In this document: positions 26,510 to 41,880 of the stretch, piece after piece | How the letters are laid out: the number at the start of each line of letters is the position of its first letter | Numbering within the stretch: the first letter of the stretch is position 1 | Source of the DNA: Octopus vulgaris | Taxonomy: Eukaryota | Direction of reading: 5' to 3' | Assembly (NCBI GenBank): GCA_951406725.2 | Contig: OX597819.1 | Coordinates: forward strand, 34,348,001-34,412,000 | Length of the DNA stretch: 64,000 bases | Made by a program: the position numbers and the translations under genes | The notes under the pieces: generated by a model | Databases searched by the model: none | What the model saw: only the letters and a program-made list of their open reading frames with translations | Told to the model about the DNA's origin: nothing

Positions 26510-26895
26510 GTTATCTTCTATCTTTTACTTGTTTCAGTCATTTGGATGGCAGCTATGCTGGGACTCTGCCTTGAAGGGATTTAGTTAAACAGATTGTCCT
26601 AAGTACTTATTTTTTAAAGTCTAGTACTTATTCTATTCGTCTCTTTTGCTGAACTACTAAGTTATGGGGACATAAACAAGTCAATATCAGCTGTCAAACT
26701 GAAGGTACAAATCCAGACAAAAAAAACACACACACACACATACATATAACAGGCTTCCATACAGTTTCCATCTACCAAATTCACTCACAAGGCATTGATC
26801 TGCTTGAAGCTAAAAAACACTTACCCAAAGTGGGACTGAACCCAAAGCCACGTAGGTGCAAACCAAACTTCTTAACCACACAGCCACACCTATGT
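26510..26895 (-). mobile_element. SINE family A (older)
   Basis: Diverged homologue. Confidence 0.8.
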
Positions 26896-27526
26896 AATTT
26901 TATATTTAAGTAGGCTATGAGTCAATTTTTGCTGCTTAAAACCCCAACAGTATGTGTCTGACCCCTATTACTGTATTATATAAAGTACAGAATGCATCTC
27001 TTCAATGTAACTGGCAACATCAAGAGAGAGGATGACTTGACAGTGGAGAGTCACAAGTTTATTGGTAATCAGAATAGTAATTTTTCTTGAAAGAATATAA
27101 TATAGCATTATAAACATATTTAAAAGTAACAAATTTTATGTATTAGATGATATAATGTTATGTGTTTATTATTAGTTAATATGACATGATAGAAATAAAA
27201 TTATAGTTTATTTGAAATGATAGCATGATAAAAATAGAAAAAAAAGAGAAAAAGAAACCCAGAAGTTGAGTTACATATAGTAATGCTTCTAGTTTTAAGT
27301 TTAGTTTTCTGGATTCAAAGCCTGCTTATAATGTAAGAGTTAAAAAATTATGCAATTGGTTCTAATTTCTGTATGATATTCTTTGGCTTCTCACTGTTGT
27401 TACTACATAATGGTGTTAATTCTGTTTGTCATCAAATACTCGTAATGTTCTTTACATTGTTAAAACAGTATGGAAAAACATTCCGTTTTCAATATGATGC
27501 TCTTAATGTCATCCATACTGTTAGTG

Positions 27527-27820
27527 AAGCTATATGGCTTAATGGTTACAGTATTCAGCTCACAATCATGAGTTCAATTCCCAGCAACGTGTTGTGTCCT
27601 TGAGCGAGACACTTTGTTTTGTGTTGCTAGTAAAAATGGGTTGTACTTGTATTTCAAAAGGCCAGCCTTGTCCCATTCTGTGTCATACTGAATCTTCCTG
27701 AGAACTATATTAAGGCTATGTGAATCTGTGGAATGCTCAACCACTTGCACATTAATTTCATGAGCAGCATTTTCCACAGATCAGAGCAACTGGAACCCTT
27801 GTCATTGTAATTGACTGAGT
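27527..27820 (+). mobile_element. SINE, head D + tail T1 (older)
   Basis: Head GAGTTCAATTCCC...CTTGAGCGAGACACTTT followed by the same 3' module as 18082-18462. Confidence 0.7.
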
Positions 27821-28409
27821 ACCAGTTCTTTCTTTTATATATTGTTAATACAGTAAGGAAAAATATTCTTATTTTCTATATGATACTATTAATTTACTCT
27901 CTCCTTAAGAGTAGAAATCCTCACATTTTAAAACGTTTATTAGTTGTGTATATAAATTTCATCATTCATTCATTTGTTGGGTTTTTCCTTCCATTTTAAC
28001 AAGCTAGCATGGGTTAAGCAAATATTTTATTGAAGTGTTGTTTTGTAACTAGATTCCCTTCCAACTTCTCTAACCCTTACTTGATTTTCAAGTAAGAGAC
28101 CTTTTACTCCACATTTCTAAATGGTTTTGAAAGCATGATGAAAGCAGACAAGTCACTGACAAGAGAAGAGTTAATAACAACACCACTTGAATGGCTTTTG
28201 AATATGTGAGCACATATGTGGCATTAGGAAGGGCATCCAGCCATAGAAACCATGCCAAATCAGATTAGAGTCTGGTACAGAACTTCCAGCTTGCCAACCC
28301 TGGTCAAACCGTCCAACCCATGCCAGCATGAACAACAGACGTTAAATGATGATGATAATGATGATGATGTAAACAAACACACAGACATACGACACACACA
28401 CACACATAA

Positions 28410-28724
28410 CTTTTATCTTATGCTCGTTTCAGTCACTAGACTGTGGCCATGCTGGAGCACCACCTTTGAAGGGTTTTAGTTGAACAAATTGATTCCAGTA
28501 CTTTATTTTTTTATAAAGCTTGGTACGTATTCTATCAGTCTATTGTGGAACCACTATTAGAGGGACATGAACAAACCAACATAGATTATGAAGCACTGGG
28601 AGCACAGACATAAATACACATACACACACAATATATAGGATGTGAGGAGTTTTCATCAGGATGATTCGAACTAATAGGTATGCGTTCTGAGTGCTCAAAT
28701 AAATGTCTTTCCTCACTCCTTTAG

Positions 28725-28776
<52 letters not shown>

Positions 28777-28980
28777 TACACACGCACACACACACACATA
28801 CACACACACACACACACATACAGAGGCTTCTTTCAGTTTCTATCCACTAAATCCACTCGCAAGTTTTTGGTCAGTCCAGGGCTATAGTAGAAGACACCAA
28901 TAATGCCATTCAGTGGGACTGAAACCAAAACCATGTGGTTGGGAAGTGAACTCCTGAACCACACAGCCATACCTGTGCAT
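28410..28980 (-). mobile_element. SINE family A with expanded (CA)n centre
   Basis: Homology to other copies. Confidence 0.8.
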
Positions 28981-29616
28981 ATCTGCTGACACAAACCACT
29001 CATAAAACATTGAATATTACAGAGATGAGAAACTTCAAGTTTATGGATCTTTCAAACTGGAAAGAATGGTAGCTCAGCATCGATGGATTGCTAAAAATAG
29101 CAGAGAAATTAATTAATTAAAATTCAAAATAATACACTGACATTGTATTATGACCTCATGAAAGACATTATTGCTCTAAATGTCTTGATGTGAGAATAGC
29201 ATATCAATTCTATCCCATAATTTATAGACTGGTGTAAGGAACATGGACTTTGTTATTCCAACAATTGGCGTAAATCTCTAAATTAAGCAACAGAGCTGAA
29301 CTCAATAGAATCAGAGGCATAAAAATTTGATTAATAAATTAGGTTTGTGCATGGAATGCATTTCTGTAGAATATAAATGTGGAAATTAAATAGTGTGACT
29401 ATAGCACCCTGGTCTATTTAATGCTCATGTTTATATTCAATATACATTAGTAAGATCCTGTAATTCATTTATTTGTTGTTTCATAATATTAATAAGGAGG
29501 CAATAAAAGATATTTAACAATGTAGTGTTGGAAAAGATAAAATTAATTTATTCACTATTTCAAATGTAACACATTCTAATCTTGAAACGTTTACATGCCA
29601 TCAAAATTGTTATGAT

Positions 29617-30272
29617 AGGTGCAGGCATGGTTGTGTGACAAGGCAGCGAGCTGGCAGAACACGTTAGCACGCTGGGCGAAATGCTTAGCAGTATTTCGTC
29701 TGCTGTTACATTCTAAGTTCAAATTCCACCGAGGTCGACTTTGCCTTTCATCCTTTCGGAGTCGATAAATTAAGTACCAGTTACGCACTGGGGTCGATGT
29801 AATCGACTTAATCCCTTTGTCTGTCCTTGTTTGTCCCCTCTGTGTTTAGCCCCTTGTGGGCAATAAAGAAATAAGAAGCTTGCTTCACAACTACATGGTT
29901 TCAGGTTCAGTCCCACTGTGTGGCACCTTGAGCAAGTATCTTCTCTTATAGCCTTGAGCTGACCAAAGTCATGTGAGTGGATTGGTAGACAGAAACTGAA
30001 AGAAGCCTGTCGTATACATATCTATATGAGTTTGTGTGTGTCTGTCTGTCTGTCTGTCTGTCCCACCACTGCTTGACAGCCAGTGTTGATTTGTTTACAT
30101 CCCCATAACTTAGGGGTTTGGCATGAAAGACCGATAGAATAAGTACCAAGGTTTAACAAAAGAAAAAGTACTGGCGTCAAACTAGGACCAATTCAATCAA
30201 TTAAAAGTTCGTCAAGGTGGTGCCCCAGCATGGCCATAGTCTAATGACTGACACGAGGAAAAGATAAAAGAT
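29617..30272 (+). mobile_element. SINE family A interrupted in its head by SINE B (29641-29874)
   Basis: Family A head resumes (AAGAAGCTTGCTTC) directly after a full SINE B. Confidence 0.85.
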
Positions 30273-31706
30273 ATAGAATGATCCTGTTTGAGTAAAGATG
30301 TGTGGTATGACGTGAGTTTAGAAAGATTTGGCTGTTATTTCTAGCAGCTCTCTCATTCTTTAATGTGACAAGTCACTAAATCCTTAAGTATTGGGACCTG
30401 TCAGTGAACCATTTCTTCCAACCTGTGACATTTGAGATTGGAAGTTGGCTGGGTCGCTAACTGTGGAGTTCTTGTCATCATTGGTGTCTCACCTTAGCGA
30501 GGAGTCAGGAGATGCCCATGTCGGTGCTTGGCTGTAGCACTGCCTTAGCCTCACCATTGCATGTGATAATGTTGCAAGTATGCTGGCTTGCTTCAGTAGG
30601 TTCCATTGAACTTTATGGTGTGTGGCCAATTGAGGCATTTGATGTTAAATTGACGTGATTTATCTTTTACCTTTTTCTTTCTTTTTTCTTTCCTTCTTTA
30701 TTCCTCTTTTTCTATTTTTTCTTGCAGTTTTGGATTTATATTTTTAATGTGGTTTTGTACTATATATGTATCATACATAATATGTCATATTCCATTAAAT
30801 ATATATTAAAAATTACAAATGTTTCTTTTTTTAGCAAAGGCCTTGATAGAAACCATAACTTCTGTATTCTAACACCTGCCAAGATGACTTTTAACAGATG
30901 AGACTGTGATACTCTTGTATTTCCTAAGATCATCATCATCATCATTTAATGTCCGTTGCACATGCTGGCATGGATTGGAGAGTTTGACCAAGGCTGGTAA
31001 GCTGAGCATAGAAAACAGACGTTAAACAATGATGATGATATATATGATAGGTTTCTTCCAGTATCAGACCAGGGCCATATTTGAAGACACTTGCCCAAGA
31101 TACTATGCAGTGATCTCCCTCCATCTCCCAGAAATCACTCCAATTTTATTTCATTCTTATTTCCCTCTCTCCCACTAAAAAAAAAAAAACAGAAAAAAGA
31201 ATCTACATAACTTACTAATTAAGTATCCCTTCATTCTCAGCAACACTCATATGTGAACTTTCAAATACCTCCCTCCCACCCAGGTACCATATTTGATTCT
31301 AATATTTCCAATTAAATAGGAGGAAATAAGTCAATTATATCGACCCCAGGGTTCAACTGGTACTTATTTCATCAATCCCAAAAGGATGAGATGCAAGATC
31401 AATTTTGGCGGCATCTGAACTCAGAACTTAAAGACAGACAAAATGCTGTTAAGCATTTTGCCTGGTATGCTAATGATTCTACCAGCTCGCCACCTGACTT
31501 TTTAGAATTAATATCAAAACCTAATTCCATTATATCACAAGCACTAGAAAGAGCCTCAATATAGTCAATAAACTTGCTAAAAATTGCAGCTAAATCTCCT
31601 TCAAATTACACTATATCATCCCACACACACACCTCTAAAATATGAGAAGGTAATGGCTGAATTTCCATTGATAGTTGTTCTACTTGATAACAGAATAACA
31701 GAATTA

Positions 31707-32080
31707 TAGGCGCAGGAGTGGCTGTGTGGTAAGTAGCTTGCTTACCAACCACATGGTTCCGGTTTCAGTCCCACTGCATGGCACCTTGGGCAAGTGTCTT
31801 CTACTATAGCCTCGGGCCGACCAAAGCCTAGTGAGTGGATTTGTTAGACGGAAACTGAAAGAAGCCCATTGTATATATGTATATGTATATATATGTATAT
31901 GTGTGTGTGTGTGTGTGTGGTGTGTTTGCGTCCCCTTAACTTAGCAGTTCAGCAAAAGAGACCAATAGAATAAGTACTAGGCTTACAAAGAATAAGTCCT
32001 GGGGTCAGTTTGCTCGACTAAAGGCAGTGCTCCAGCATGGCTGCAGTCCAATGACTGAAACAAGTAAAAGAGTAAAAGAG
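31707..32080 (+). mobile_element. SINE family A
   Basis: Homology to other copies. Confidence 0.9.
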
Positions 32081-32240
32081 AATGAATGCAGATATGCTGG
32101 TTCACACACCAAAATGATCCCCAATTCTGACAACAGCTCTCATGATATTTGTGCATGCCAGAATGTTCCAAGAATTTCTCAACCCTTGGATGGGCATTAG
32201 AATTTTGCAGGTGAACCACTCATGGTAACACCTTGCACTG

Positions 32241-32244
<4 letters not shown>

Positions 32245-32305
<61 letters not shown>
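32245..32305. repeat. (CT)n microsatellite
   Basis: Direct reading. Confidence 0.95.
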
Positions 32306-32307
<2 letters not shown>

Positions 32308-33105
32308 CTCACACACACACACATACAGCATATTTACACCTTCCCACACCTGAAGCTATCAATGAATGTTTAGGTTTTTCCTGACTGTTCGTTTCTTTTA
32401 TCACTACTTCCTTCCTTTACCTGTTTTCTTGAAACCAATATTTATATCAATGCAAGTTCATGTTCATGTGCACAACAACATGAACACACACACACACACA
32501 CACACATACACACATACACACACACACACACACACAAACACACATACACACACATGCATCACACTGTAAAATGCTTATGTCTCTTCAGATCTCATATCCA
32601 TTTGTATCCAAGCATCGACCACTCCCATTCTCTTTGATCAGAGTATTTTTTTTTATTCTCTTTTCCTGCTGCATCTTGCTTTTCCCCAATCTTCTCACTC
32701 ATTCTCTTCTTCATCAGTGAGTACATGTCCTTGTGCATGTGTATGTATCTATGTTCACACGTAAACATAAGTAGGGATGCATACAGGTGTGTATGTATGT
32801 CTGCACATATATCTATATACATTCATATATAATTTTGTATGTTTTTTGCTGTTGCTTTATAACCTTACTTTCTTCCCTCACAAGATTCTCTTTAATATTA
32901 TATTTTATTATCTACTACAGTCCTCTTGCATTTAACTTCCACCCATTAATCTTCTTATTAATTATCACTACGAAACAGTAAACATCAGCTGTACACTGTT
33001 AATTACAATACTTATATTCACACTATATTAGTGTCTCTATATCTAAACTATATCACTATATATATTTTTATGTCAATATTTTATAATATCTAAGTGTATA
33101 ATCAC

Positions 33106-33400
33106 CGTGATCACCATGACTGACCAGGCTATCAGACGTTGCTACACATCGCTGGTCACAATGCGCTTCGTATTGTTTTAGCCTTCAAATAACGCCACCC
33201 CACTGGCTAAGCGAGCAGGCCAACAGAAGAAAGAGTGAGAGAAAGTTGTGGCGAAAGAGTACAGCAGGGATCGCCACCATCCCCTGACGGAGCTTTGTGG
33301 AGCTTTTAGGTGTTTTCGCTCAATAAACACACACAACGCCCGGTCTGGGAATCGAAACCGCGATCCTCCGACCGCGAGTCTGCTGCCTTAACCACTGGGC
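33106..33400 (-). mobile_element. SINE, head C + tail T2
   Basis: Same head as 18082 up to AACTTTCTCTCACTCT, then an unrelated 3' module ending GGTGATCACGGTGAT. Confidence 0.85.
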
Positions 33401-33689
33401 CAAGCTGTAAGACCTATCTATAAATTTTCTAATATCTACACAGCCTTGGTTTTTTATCTCATTACGCAAAAAATTCTTATATATATATATCCACACACAA
33501 GTGAGTGGACAAACCAAAATAAAAGACACACAACACATTTAGTAGGAGATACATGTATTAATTAAAATAGTGATTTTGTGTATTATTTAAAACCATTATT
33601 TTGCATTTTTGCATATCATTTTTCTATGATTGATTTCTTCAGGGTGGTGGGATTTCATATCATCACTCTTGCATGTGTTTTTCTTTTTT

Positions 33690-33928
33690 CCTTGATTGTT
33701 GGCCCATTTGGTGTATGAGGGAGTTTGACATTGCTGCCATGATCTGTATCTCATGTTGGATCATTGGTTCTTCTTTATAGGAGAATGTCCAGTTCCTTTT
33801 TCAAGACATCCATATCCACATTGTGCAAGTTTCTTAATTTTTTGGCTGGGCATTCAAGAGTAGTGGGCCTTTGAATCCTAAGCTGTCGCAGTACCTGGTT
33901 CTGAGGTGGACGATACCTATGCATAAAG
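33690..33928 (-). pseudogene. CR1-type LINE 3' fragment (old)
   Basis: Minus strand reads GFKGPLLLNAQPK.., then LRNLHNVDMDVLKKELDILL in a shifted frame. Confidence 0.55.
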
Positions 33929-34256
33929 GAATCCCTTCAGTCATTAATGACCATGGGGTTTCAATGAGAAAGAGCCCCTTCAAGGCACAAGTCCAGGAAA
34001 AGTTGTCTATGGAAAACCTGTAGTTGCCCATGCAAAGGGGCTACCTCACTCCATGCCACCAATGTTATCCAAGGGAAAGGCAAAGAACAATACAGCTTGG
34101 CACCAGTGACATTGCAAATCATTTCTACAACTGAGTGAACTGGAGTAATGTGAAATAAAGTGTCTTGCTTAAGAACACAACACACAGCCAGGTTCAGGAA
34201 TCGAACTCACTACCTCATGATAGTGAGCCCAATGCTCTAACCACTGAGCCATGCCC
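33929..34256 (-). mobile_element. SINE, head D + tail T4
   Basis: Homology to 3183-3506. Confidence 0.82.
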
Positions 34257-34286
34257 CTTCACACCTATGTATACAATATAATACAC

Positions 34287-34512
34287 ATTTCTTTACTACC
34301 CAAAAGGGGTTAAACACAGAGGGGACAAACAAGGACAGACAAACGGATTAAGTCGATCATATCGACCCTAGGTGCATAACTGGTGCTTAATTTATCGACC
34401 CCGAAAGGATGAAAGGCAAAGTCGACCTCGGTGGAATTCGAACTCAGATCGCAGCGGCGGACGAAATACCGCAAAGCATTTCGACCGGCATGCTAACCTT
34501 TCTGCCAGCTTG
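34287..34512 (-). mobile_element. SINE family B
   Basis: Homology to other copies. Confidence 0.88.
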
Positions 34513-34807
34513 ACGAATACAATCACCAAAACACCCTGCACTGAATGACTAACACACCACACATTTATTAACCAACACATCCCTACATTTAATCACTTGC
34601 ACACCCCACTTTAATCTATACCTCCTTAATAGCTTCTACTAAGGCTTTTGCACAGGATGGTTGTTTGTCAGCAACCTTGTTTTTCATGTATTACCACAAA
34701 TTTCTAAGGGGACTAAAGCCATTCTTGTCTCATGACCTTGACCTTTTTAAGGAATTGTACAATTTTTATTCTATGACATGGAGCACCATTGTGCATGAAT
34801 AATTTGT

Positions 34808-35200
34808 ACCATGGTAAGAAACTTGCTTCCCAGCCACATGGTTGAAATTACAGTTCCACTATGTGGCACCTTGGGCAATTTTCTCCTACAATAACCTCAG
34901 GCTGACCAGAGCCTTGTGAGTGGATTTGGTAGACAGAAACTCGAAGAAGCCTGTCACATATACGTGTGTGTGTGTGTGTGTATCTGTGTTTGCCCCCCCA
35001 CACACACACTATCACTTGACAACCGATGCTGGTGCGTTTACATCCCTGTAATCTAGCAGTTCATTAAAAGGGACTGATAGATTAAGTACTAGGCTTACAA
35101 AGAATAAGCCCTGGAGTCAATTTTTTTGACAAAAACCCTTTAAGGCAGTGCTCCAGCATGGCTGCCGTCGACTGAAACAAGTAAAAAAAAATATAAAAGA
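34808..35200 (+). mobile_element. SINE family A
   Basis: Homology to other copies. Confidence 0.82.
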
Positions 35201-36106
35201 ATATGCATGTGCATTTTCAGTTTCTCTACCAAGATCTCCAGGTCCTTTTGACCATTCATAGCTATCCCAGAGCCCATGAAATACAAACCACTGGTTTATA
35301 TTTCTTGGAAATGAAACCATAGATCAACTGACTCTGTGGGTATTTCATTCTCTATACAGTGTGTTTTTCATCATTCAGTTTTTCTTCATTCATTTTTCAT
35401 CATTCATTTTCATCAATCAATTTTTCATCATTCATTTTTCATCATTCAATTACAAATCACCCCTTATATAATGAACAACACATCCTGTTCACATTAAAGC
35501 AACAAAATACCCTCATGTTTAATCACCAACACACCACATTAAAGCCCAACACATCCCCACTTTAAATTAACAAAATACCCCAAAGTTTAATCATCGGTGC
35601 ACTTCCAAATTCAATGATGAACATGCCCCACATTTAATCATTCATCAACACTTTCTACTCAAAACGTTAGAATTCTCTTCACCACACATGAAACAGAAAT
35701 TTATTACATTTTAATCTTTATTCTGCTAAATATTAATCTAGACAAATTGTTATTCATATATATATATATATATATATATATAATGTATGTATAATATTTT
35801 TAAATTATGTACATATATATAGATAATGTATGCATACATTTGTCAACATACACACATGTGTGTGTATAAGATATATATATATATATATGTATAGAACATA
35901 TAAACGAAATAAAGATGAAATTATCATTTACTTATAAAAATAAGTAAATGAAGTGATATTTTTATTAAATGAACTTGCTAGAGGGGAGCGCGTTTGTGTG
36001 TATAGCAGACATCATTGCTTCCCACCCAGGGAATAAAGAAAAAAAAATACATACATACAAACATACATATATATCCATATACATATATATATATACATAT
36101 ATATAT

Positions 36107-36185
<79 letters not shown>

Positions 36186-36354
36186 CATATAAATCCAAAC
36201 CAAAACAACCAATAAGTAAATAAAAGGATTAAAACCATTTTCCAAGTAAAAGCCTTTGCAATGTGGGAGACATGAATATATTAAGGAATTTATTCAATTT
36301 GAATGTCAGCAAGAGAACATGTTCAGGAAATAGATTTTCAATGAAATTCTTCAT

Positions 36355-36610
<256 letters not shown>

Positions 36611-36861
36611 AGTTCATGCATGATCAGAATCAAACTTATCAATTGGTTTGAAAATCTGACGTGAAATATAAAGATTTAGATCAATGACACGAAATAAAGA
36701 GGGGGTTGGGGTTGAAGGTGTTCCTAACTATATCTCCCCCTTCCACCTCACCTATTTCTCACTCTCTGTCTCTTTCTTCTCTCTTTCTCTCTGTCTCTGT
36801 CTCTGTGTGTGTGTGTCTCTCTCTCTCTCTCTGTTTGTATTTATCTAGCTATCTATCTCTA

Positions 36862-36894
<33 letters not shown>

Positions 36895-37117
36895 CTTTCT
36901 CTCTCTCTCTCTCGTTTGGACATGAAGAAGAAAGTTTATGAGATTTAAAATTAGCTGCAAGCTAAGATGGAGGATTCTGTCTCAGTAAATGTTATGACAT
37001 GGCCAGTTGAAGGTGGCAGCAATGGTGGTGGTGGTGGTGGTGGTAGTGGTGGTGGTGGTGGTAGTGATGGTGGCAGTGGCGGCAGCAGTGGAGAATAGGG
37101 TGGTGGTGGTGGTGGAA

Positions 37118-37337
37118 GGCGGCGAGCTGGCAGAAACGTTAGCACACCGGGCGAAATGCGTAGCCGTATTTCATCTGGCATTTACGTTCTGAGTTCAAAT
37201 TCCGCCGAGGTCGATTTAGCCTTTCATCCTTTCAGGGTCGATAAATTAAGCACCAGTCGATGTAATCGACTTAGTCCCTTTGTCTGTCCTTGTTTGTCCC
37301 CTCTGTGTTTAGCCCTTTGTGGGTAGTAAAGAAATAG
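37118..37337 (+). mobile_element. SINE family B inside a (GGT)n tract
   Basis: Homology to other copies; GGT repeats on both flanks. Confidence 0.88.
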
Positions 37338-37879
37338 GTGGTGGTTGTGGTGGTCGTGGTCGTGGTTGTGGTCATGGTCATGGTGGTCGCGGTGGTAGTC
37401 ATGGTGGTAGTCATGGTGGTGGCCATAGTGGTAGTCATGGTCGTGGTGGTGATAGGTGGGGTAGGTTTGAATACATCCAAACACAGTGAAATATTTGATG
37501 TATCCTACTAACTGCTTGATTAAATCTGACAACGTAAGTATACTTATTTGATTAAAACTACCAATCTAAACTTCTCGTTTCACTATTCAATAGAGGAGGC
37601 CAGGCCATGTTGTTGTCGGCAGCAACAGCAGCAGCAATGTAATATAAATTATTGACATGTACTTAGATTGGTAAATTGCTAACATCGGAACCAGATAATC
37701 TTCAGTATATTTACACCAGATGTACATCACACAAAAGACACAAGAAAAAGAAAAAAAAAATACAAAATGATTTATCTATGTAGTGAATATAACATTACAA
37801 TGTCTTTATATTGTTGGAATTACAACATTAACATCAGCAATGAGTATTTGTGTAATATATATATATATATATATATATA

Positions 37880-38110
37880 TATTCTTTTCTTTCTTTTATT
37901 TGTTTCAGTCATTTGATTGCAGCCATGCTGGAGCACAGCCTTTAGTCGAGCAAATCGACCGCAGGACTTATCCTTTGTAAGCCTAGTACTTATTCTATTG
38001 GTCCCTTTTGCCGAACCACTAAATGACGGGGACATAAACACACCAGCATCAGTTGTCAAGCAATGTTGGGGGGGGGGGGACAAACACAGACACACAAGCG
38101 TATACACATA

Positions 38111-38151
<41 letters not shown>

Positions 38152-38328
38152 ACACATATATACAGTGGGCTTCTTTCAGTTTCTGTCTACCAAATCCACT
38201 CACAAGGCTTTGTTCAGCCCAAGGCTATAGTAGAAGACACTTGCCCAAGTTGCCACACAGTGGGACTGAACCCAGAACCATGTGGTTGGTAAGCAAGCTA
38301 CTTACCACACAGCCACTCCTGCACCTAT
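37880..38328 (-). mobile_element. SINE family A
   Basis: Homology to other copies. Confidence 0.9.
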
Positions 38329-38699
38329 ATATATATACTACTTCTCTACTCTGATGATGGAGGCTCATTTTATCCAATGTTGATTATATCCATTACAGCC
38401 ACATATTGTGATGAACCACATCTACCAACATTATTATGGCTCTCTGAGCCCCCACAAACAGCTGTTGGACTTATGACACCTTTCTTCCAACCCTTCAATT
38501 TTCTCTGTCATTTATACTCTGTGTAAGTTGGACCTATTGATATAAATATCTATATATTTATACTTAAAAATTCATCATCTGAAAGTCTCCACCTTTTGCT
38601 TTCTCTTATTTGCATGTATACATATATACATATTTTGTATTTCATACCAAAACTACTGTATTTAATATATTTAATGTATCTAATTTATCCACATAATTG

Positions 38700-38731
<32 letters not shown>

Positions 38732-38735
<4 letters not shown>

Positions 38736-39265
38736 CAAACGTCCAAATCCAATGGACAGTGATACATCATATCTGCTGAATAAAAAGCAATCAGTATTTT
38801 CTTTTCATTAAAAAATAATTAAGCATGCCTTTATTTCAATAAAATTTTTGGTTTTGTTAAACGAAGTTAAGGCAAAAAAAAAACTTCTTGAGAAACCAAA
38901 TAGTCTTTCCTTCCTTCATGCCAAGTTTGAAGAAAATATCTCTTTTGCATCTTACTTTTCTGGTCTTTGAAACATACTGCATTTTGTGGCATTATTTCAA
39001 GCCAGCTGGCTTTTTTGGCACAAAACGCATGTGCATGTTCCCACAGCTTTATCGATCGCATTCTCACCTGGAATCGATTTTTGTAATTTTTTCAAGACTT
39101 ATAGACGTCCTGATACCATCGGTATCTACATATCAAATTTGAGCGCAATCGGATGGAGGATGCCCGAGATCCTAGAAGACACACAGACAGACAAACAAAC
39201 AGAACAGATTTTATATAATAGACAAAACACCCCCCGTCCAATGGACGGTACTGAGTTGTCAAACA
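38732..39265. mobile_element. Possible Helitron/Helentron-associated non-autonomous element
   Basis: Minus strand TCTATTATATAAAATCTG followed by (TTTG/TCTG)n near 39222; palindrome CCGTCCAATGGACGG at ~39233; TCCAATGGAC repeated at ~38748. Confidence 0.4.
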
Positions 39266-39943
39266 TTTAAACCAAATTAAGTCGATTACATCGACCCCCA
39301 GTGCGCAACTGGTACTTAATTTATCGACCCCGAAAGGATGAAAGGCAAAGTCGACCTCGACGGAATTTGAACTCGGAACGTAACGGCAGACGAAATATAC
39401 ATATGTGTGTGTATATATATATATATATATCATCATCATCATCATCATCGTCCTCATTGTTTAACATCGATTTTCCATGTTGACATGGGCTGGGTGGTTT
39501 GACAGGAGCTGGCTAACCAGACAGCAGGACAGGCTCCAATTGTCTGTTTTGGCATGGTTTTTATCACTGGATTCCTTTCCTAATGCCAACCACTTTACAG
39601 ATGCTTCTCACATGCTACCAGCATGGGTGCTTTTACGTGGCACCAGAACAAATGCAGGCACCAGCACCCACAAGACAAAGACCTCTTGGCTGGGAGAGAA
39701 AGTGAGGGCATGGCCATAAAAGACATGCCTGTATTCTTGGATGGACACAATAATATTTAACTTGAGTGTCTTCTCAAGTGAATAATGCACCAGAAGTCTT
39801 GGCCCCTTGTCATCTCCTCAGTGAGGCCCAGCATACAGAAAACCCTTTATCATCACCACTTCATCCTATGTCTTTCTGGATCTATCCCTTTGGCGGGTTA
39901 CCTCTGCAATTAGAGGCTAGCACTTCTTTAAGCAGCTGTCCTC

Positions 39944-39991
<48 letters not shown>

Positions 39992-39995
<4 letters not shown>

Positions 39996-40386
39996 GTGCA
40001 GGCATGACTGTGTGGCAAGAGGCTTGCTTCTCAACCACATGGTTTCAGGTTCAGTCCTACTGCATGGCATCTTGGGCAAGTATCTTCTACTATAGCCTCA
40101 GGCTGACCAAATAAGCCCATCATAGATATATATATATTTATTTTTATGTGTGTGTCTTTGTTTCTGTTTGCCCCCACCCCCACCCCATCATTGCTTGACA
40201 ACCGATGTTGATGTGCTTATTTCTCTGTACTTAGTGATTCAGCAAAAGAAACCGGTAGAATAAGAACTAGGATTACAATGAATAAGTCTTGTGGGACGGG
40301 GTCGATTTTTTCGACTAAAAGCCCTTAAAGGCAGTGCTCCAGCATGTCCACTGTCAAATGACTGAAACAAGTAAAAGAGTAAAAGA

Positions 40387-40387
<1 letters not shown>
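39992..40387 (+). mobile_element. SINE family A
   Basis: Homology to other copies. Confidence 0.85.
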
Positions 40388-40426
<39 letters not shown>

Positions 40427-40839
40427 CTTCCCTGCTATTTGACAACTGGTGTTGGTCTAAGAGAAACAAAGCAAAAAGAAAGACTAAATGAATGTAACGA
40501 AATACTGCAAGATAGTATTTTGCCTGGCACTCTAACAATTGTGCCAAGCCCTCTACCCCCACCCCCAAACAGTGCCATGCCCATGCAACTGAATATTAAG
40601 ACAGAATTATAAATCATCTGACAAACATATGCATCTAGCAGCTGCACAGACTCTCTAAAATGTATAAAAACAAATATTGTTTTAGATCTGGCAAGCTTTT
40701 ATTTTCATTATCTTAGCATCATTGTGTGATAACAAAACTCCAAACTTTAGAACAATATGAAGGGAAACAGCAACAACATGAAAAAACTTGTCAGATAACT
40801 TAAGCACCTTCACTTCAATTTCCTTCTTTTTTTTTCTTT

Positions 40840-41112
40840 CTTTTTTTTTTTACCTTTTGGGCCCAGTTTCTACGACATAAATCAATGTCACATGGGTGAA
40901 AACATCAATTGAAACAAACTGCTGTGGTATTACTTTAGAATATTTATCACTTTGACAAGACTTTAACTTTTTCTATATTCATCATCATCATCATCATCAT
41001 TTTTATATTCACTTTTCCATGCTCACATGGGTCAGATGAAATTTTGTTGAGGCGGATTTTCTATGGTCAGGTGCCCTTCCTGTTGCCAACCCTCACCTGT
41101 TTCCAAGTAAGG
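40840..41112 (+). repeat. Local direct duplication, copy 1 (copy 2 at 42662-42924)
   Basis: Near-identical ~265 bp; differs mainly in (CAT)n length. Confidence 0.9.
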
Positions 41113-41419
41113 ATGGCAAGAACAGCAGTAGCATTAGTAGAGCTGTCATATATACGTGATGCTGCATACATACTTTCATAAATACATAGATACAATACAT
41201 ATACATACAGAAAGCGGGTGTGAGGAATATGTAGCTTTAAGGAGAGAGGAGGTAGGTGGCTTTTCTGCTGTCCATTGAAAAGAAACATTCACACAGACAC
41301 ATACATATATACATGCATACATACATACATACATACATACATACACATATCTACTATACACCATTTTAAACTTGTGATTACCTGTGTGTACGTTTGTAAA
41401 TTTGTGTGTGTGCGTGTGC

Positions 41420-41475
<56 letters not shown>

Positions 41476-41880
41476 CATTCATACCTGTCTGTCTCCCTAC
41501 TTTTGTAAGGTCTTCCTTGTTGCTGTCACATATTGAGAGATTTTAAAATCACGTCAAAATTTTCAAATTTTGTATATTGAAATAATTTTCCGTTAAATTC
41601 GATTTTTTATTTATTTGTTCCTAACATCCAGCTGAATTATAGACAAATTGGATATCTATAAAACCCCACCCCTGGGATGGGGGCTGTAGTGCATGCTTAC
41701 AAATCAGCTACGATAAGCTACGACACACGACAACACCAGCTACACTGCATGAACTATTTGTCAATGTATTTATAAATCTATCTATTTATCTCATTTATTT
41801 TACTCAGATGCATATTCATTTGTTAAAATGACATAGGGACATTCTTTATTCACTCACTAATCGTATTAATAGATTGTAGA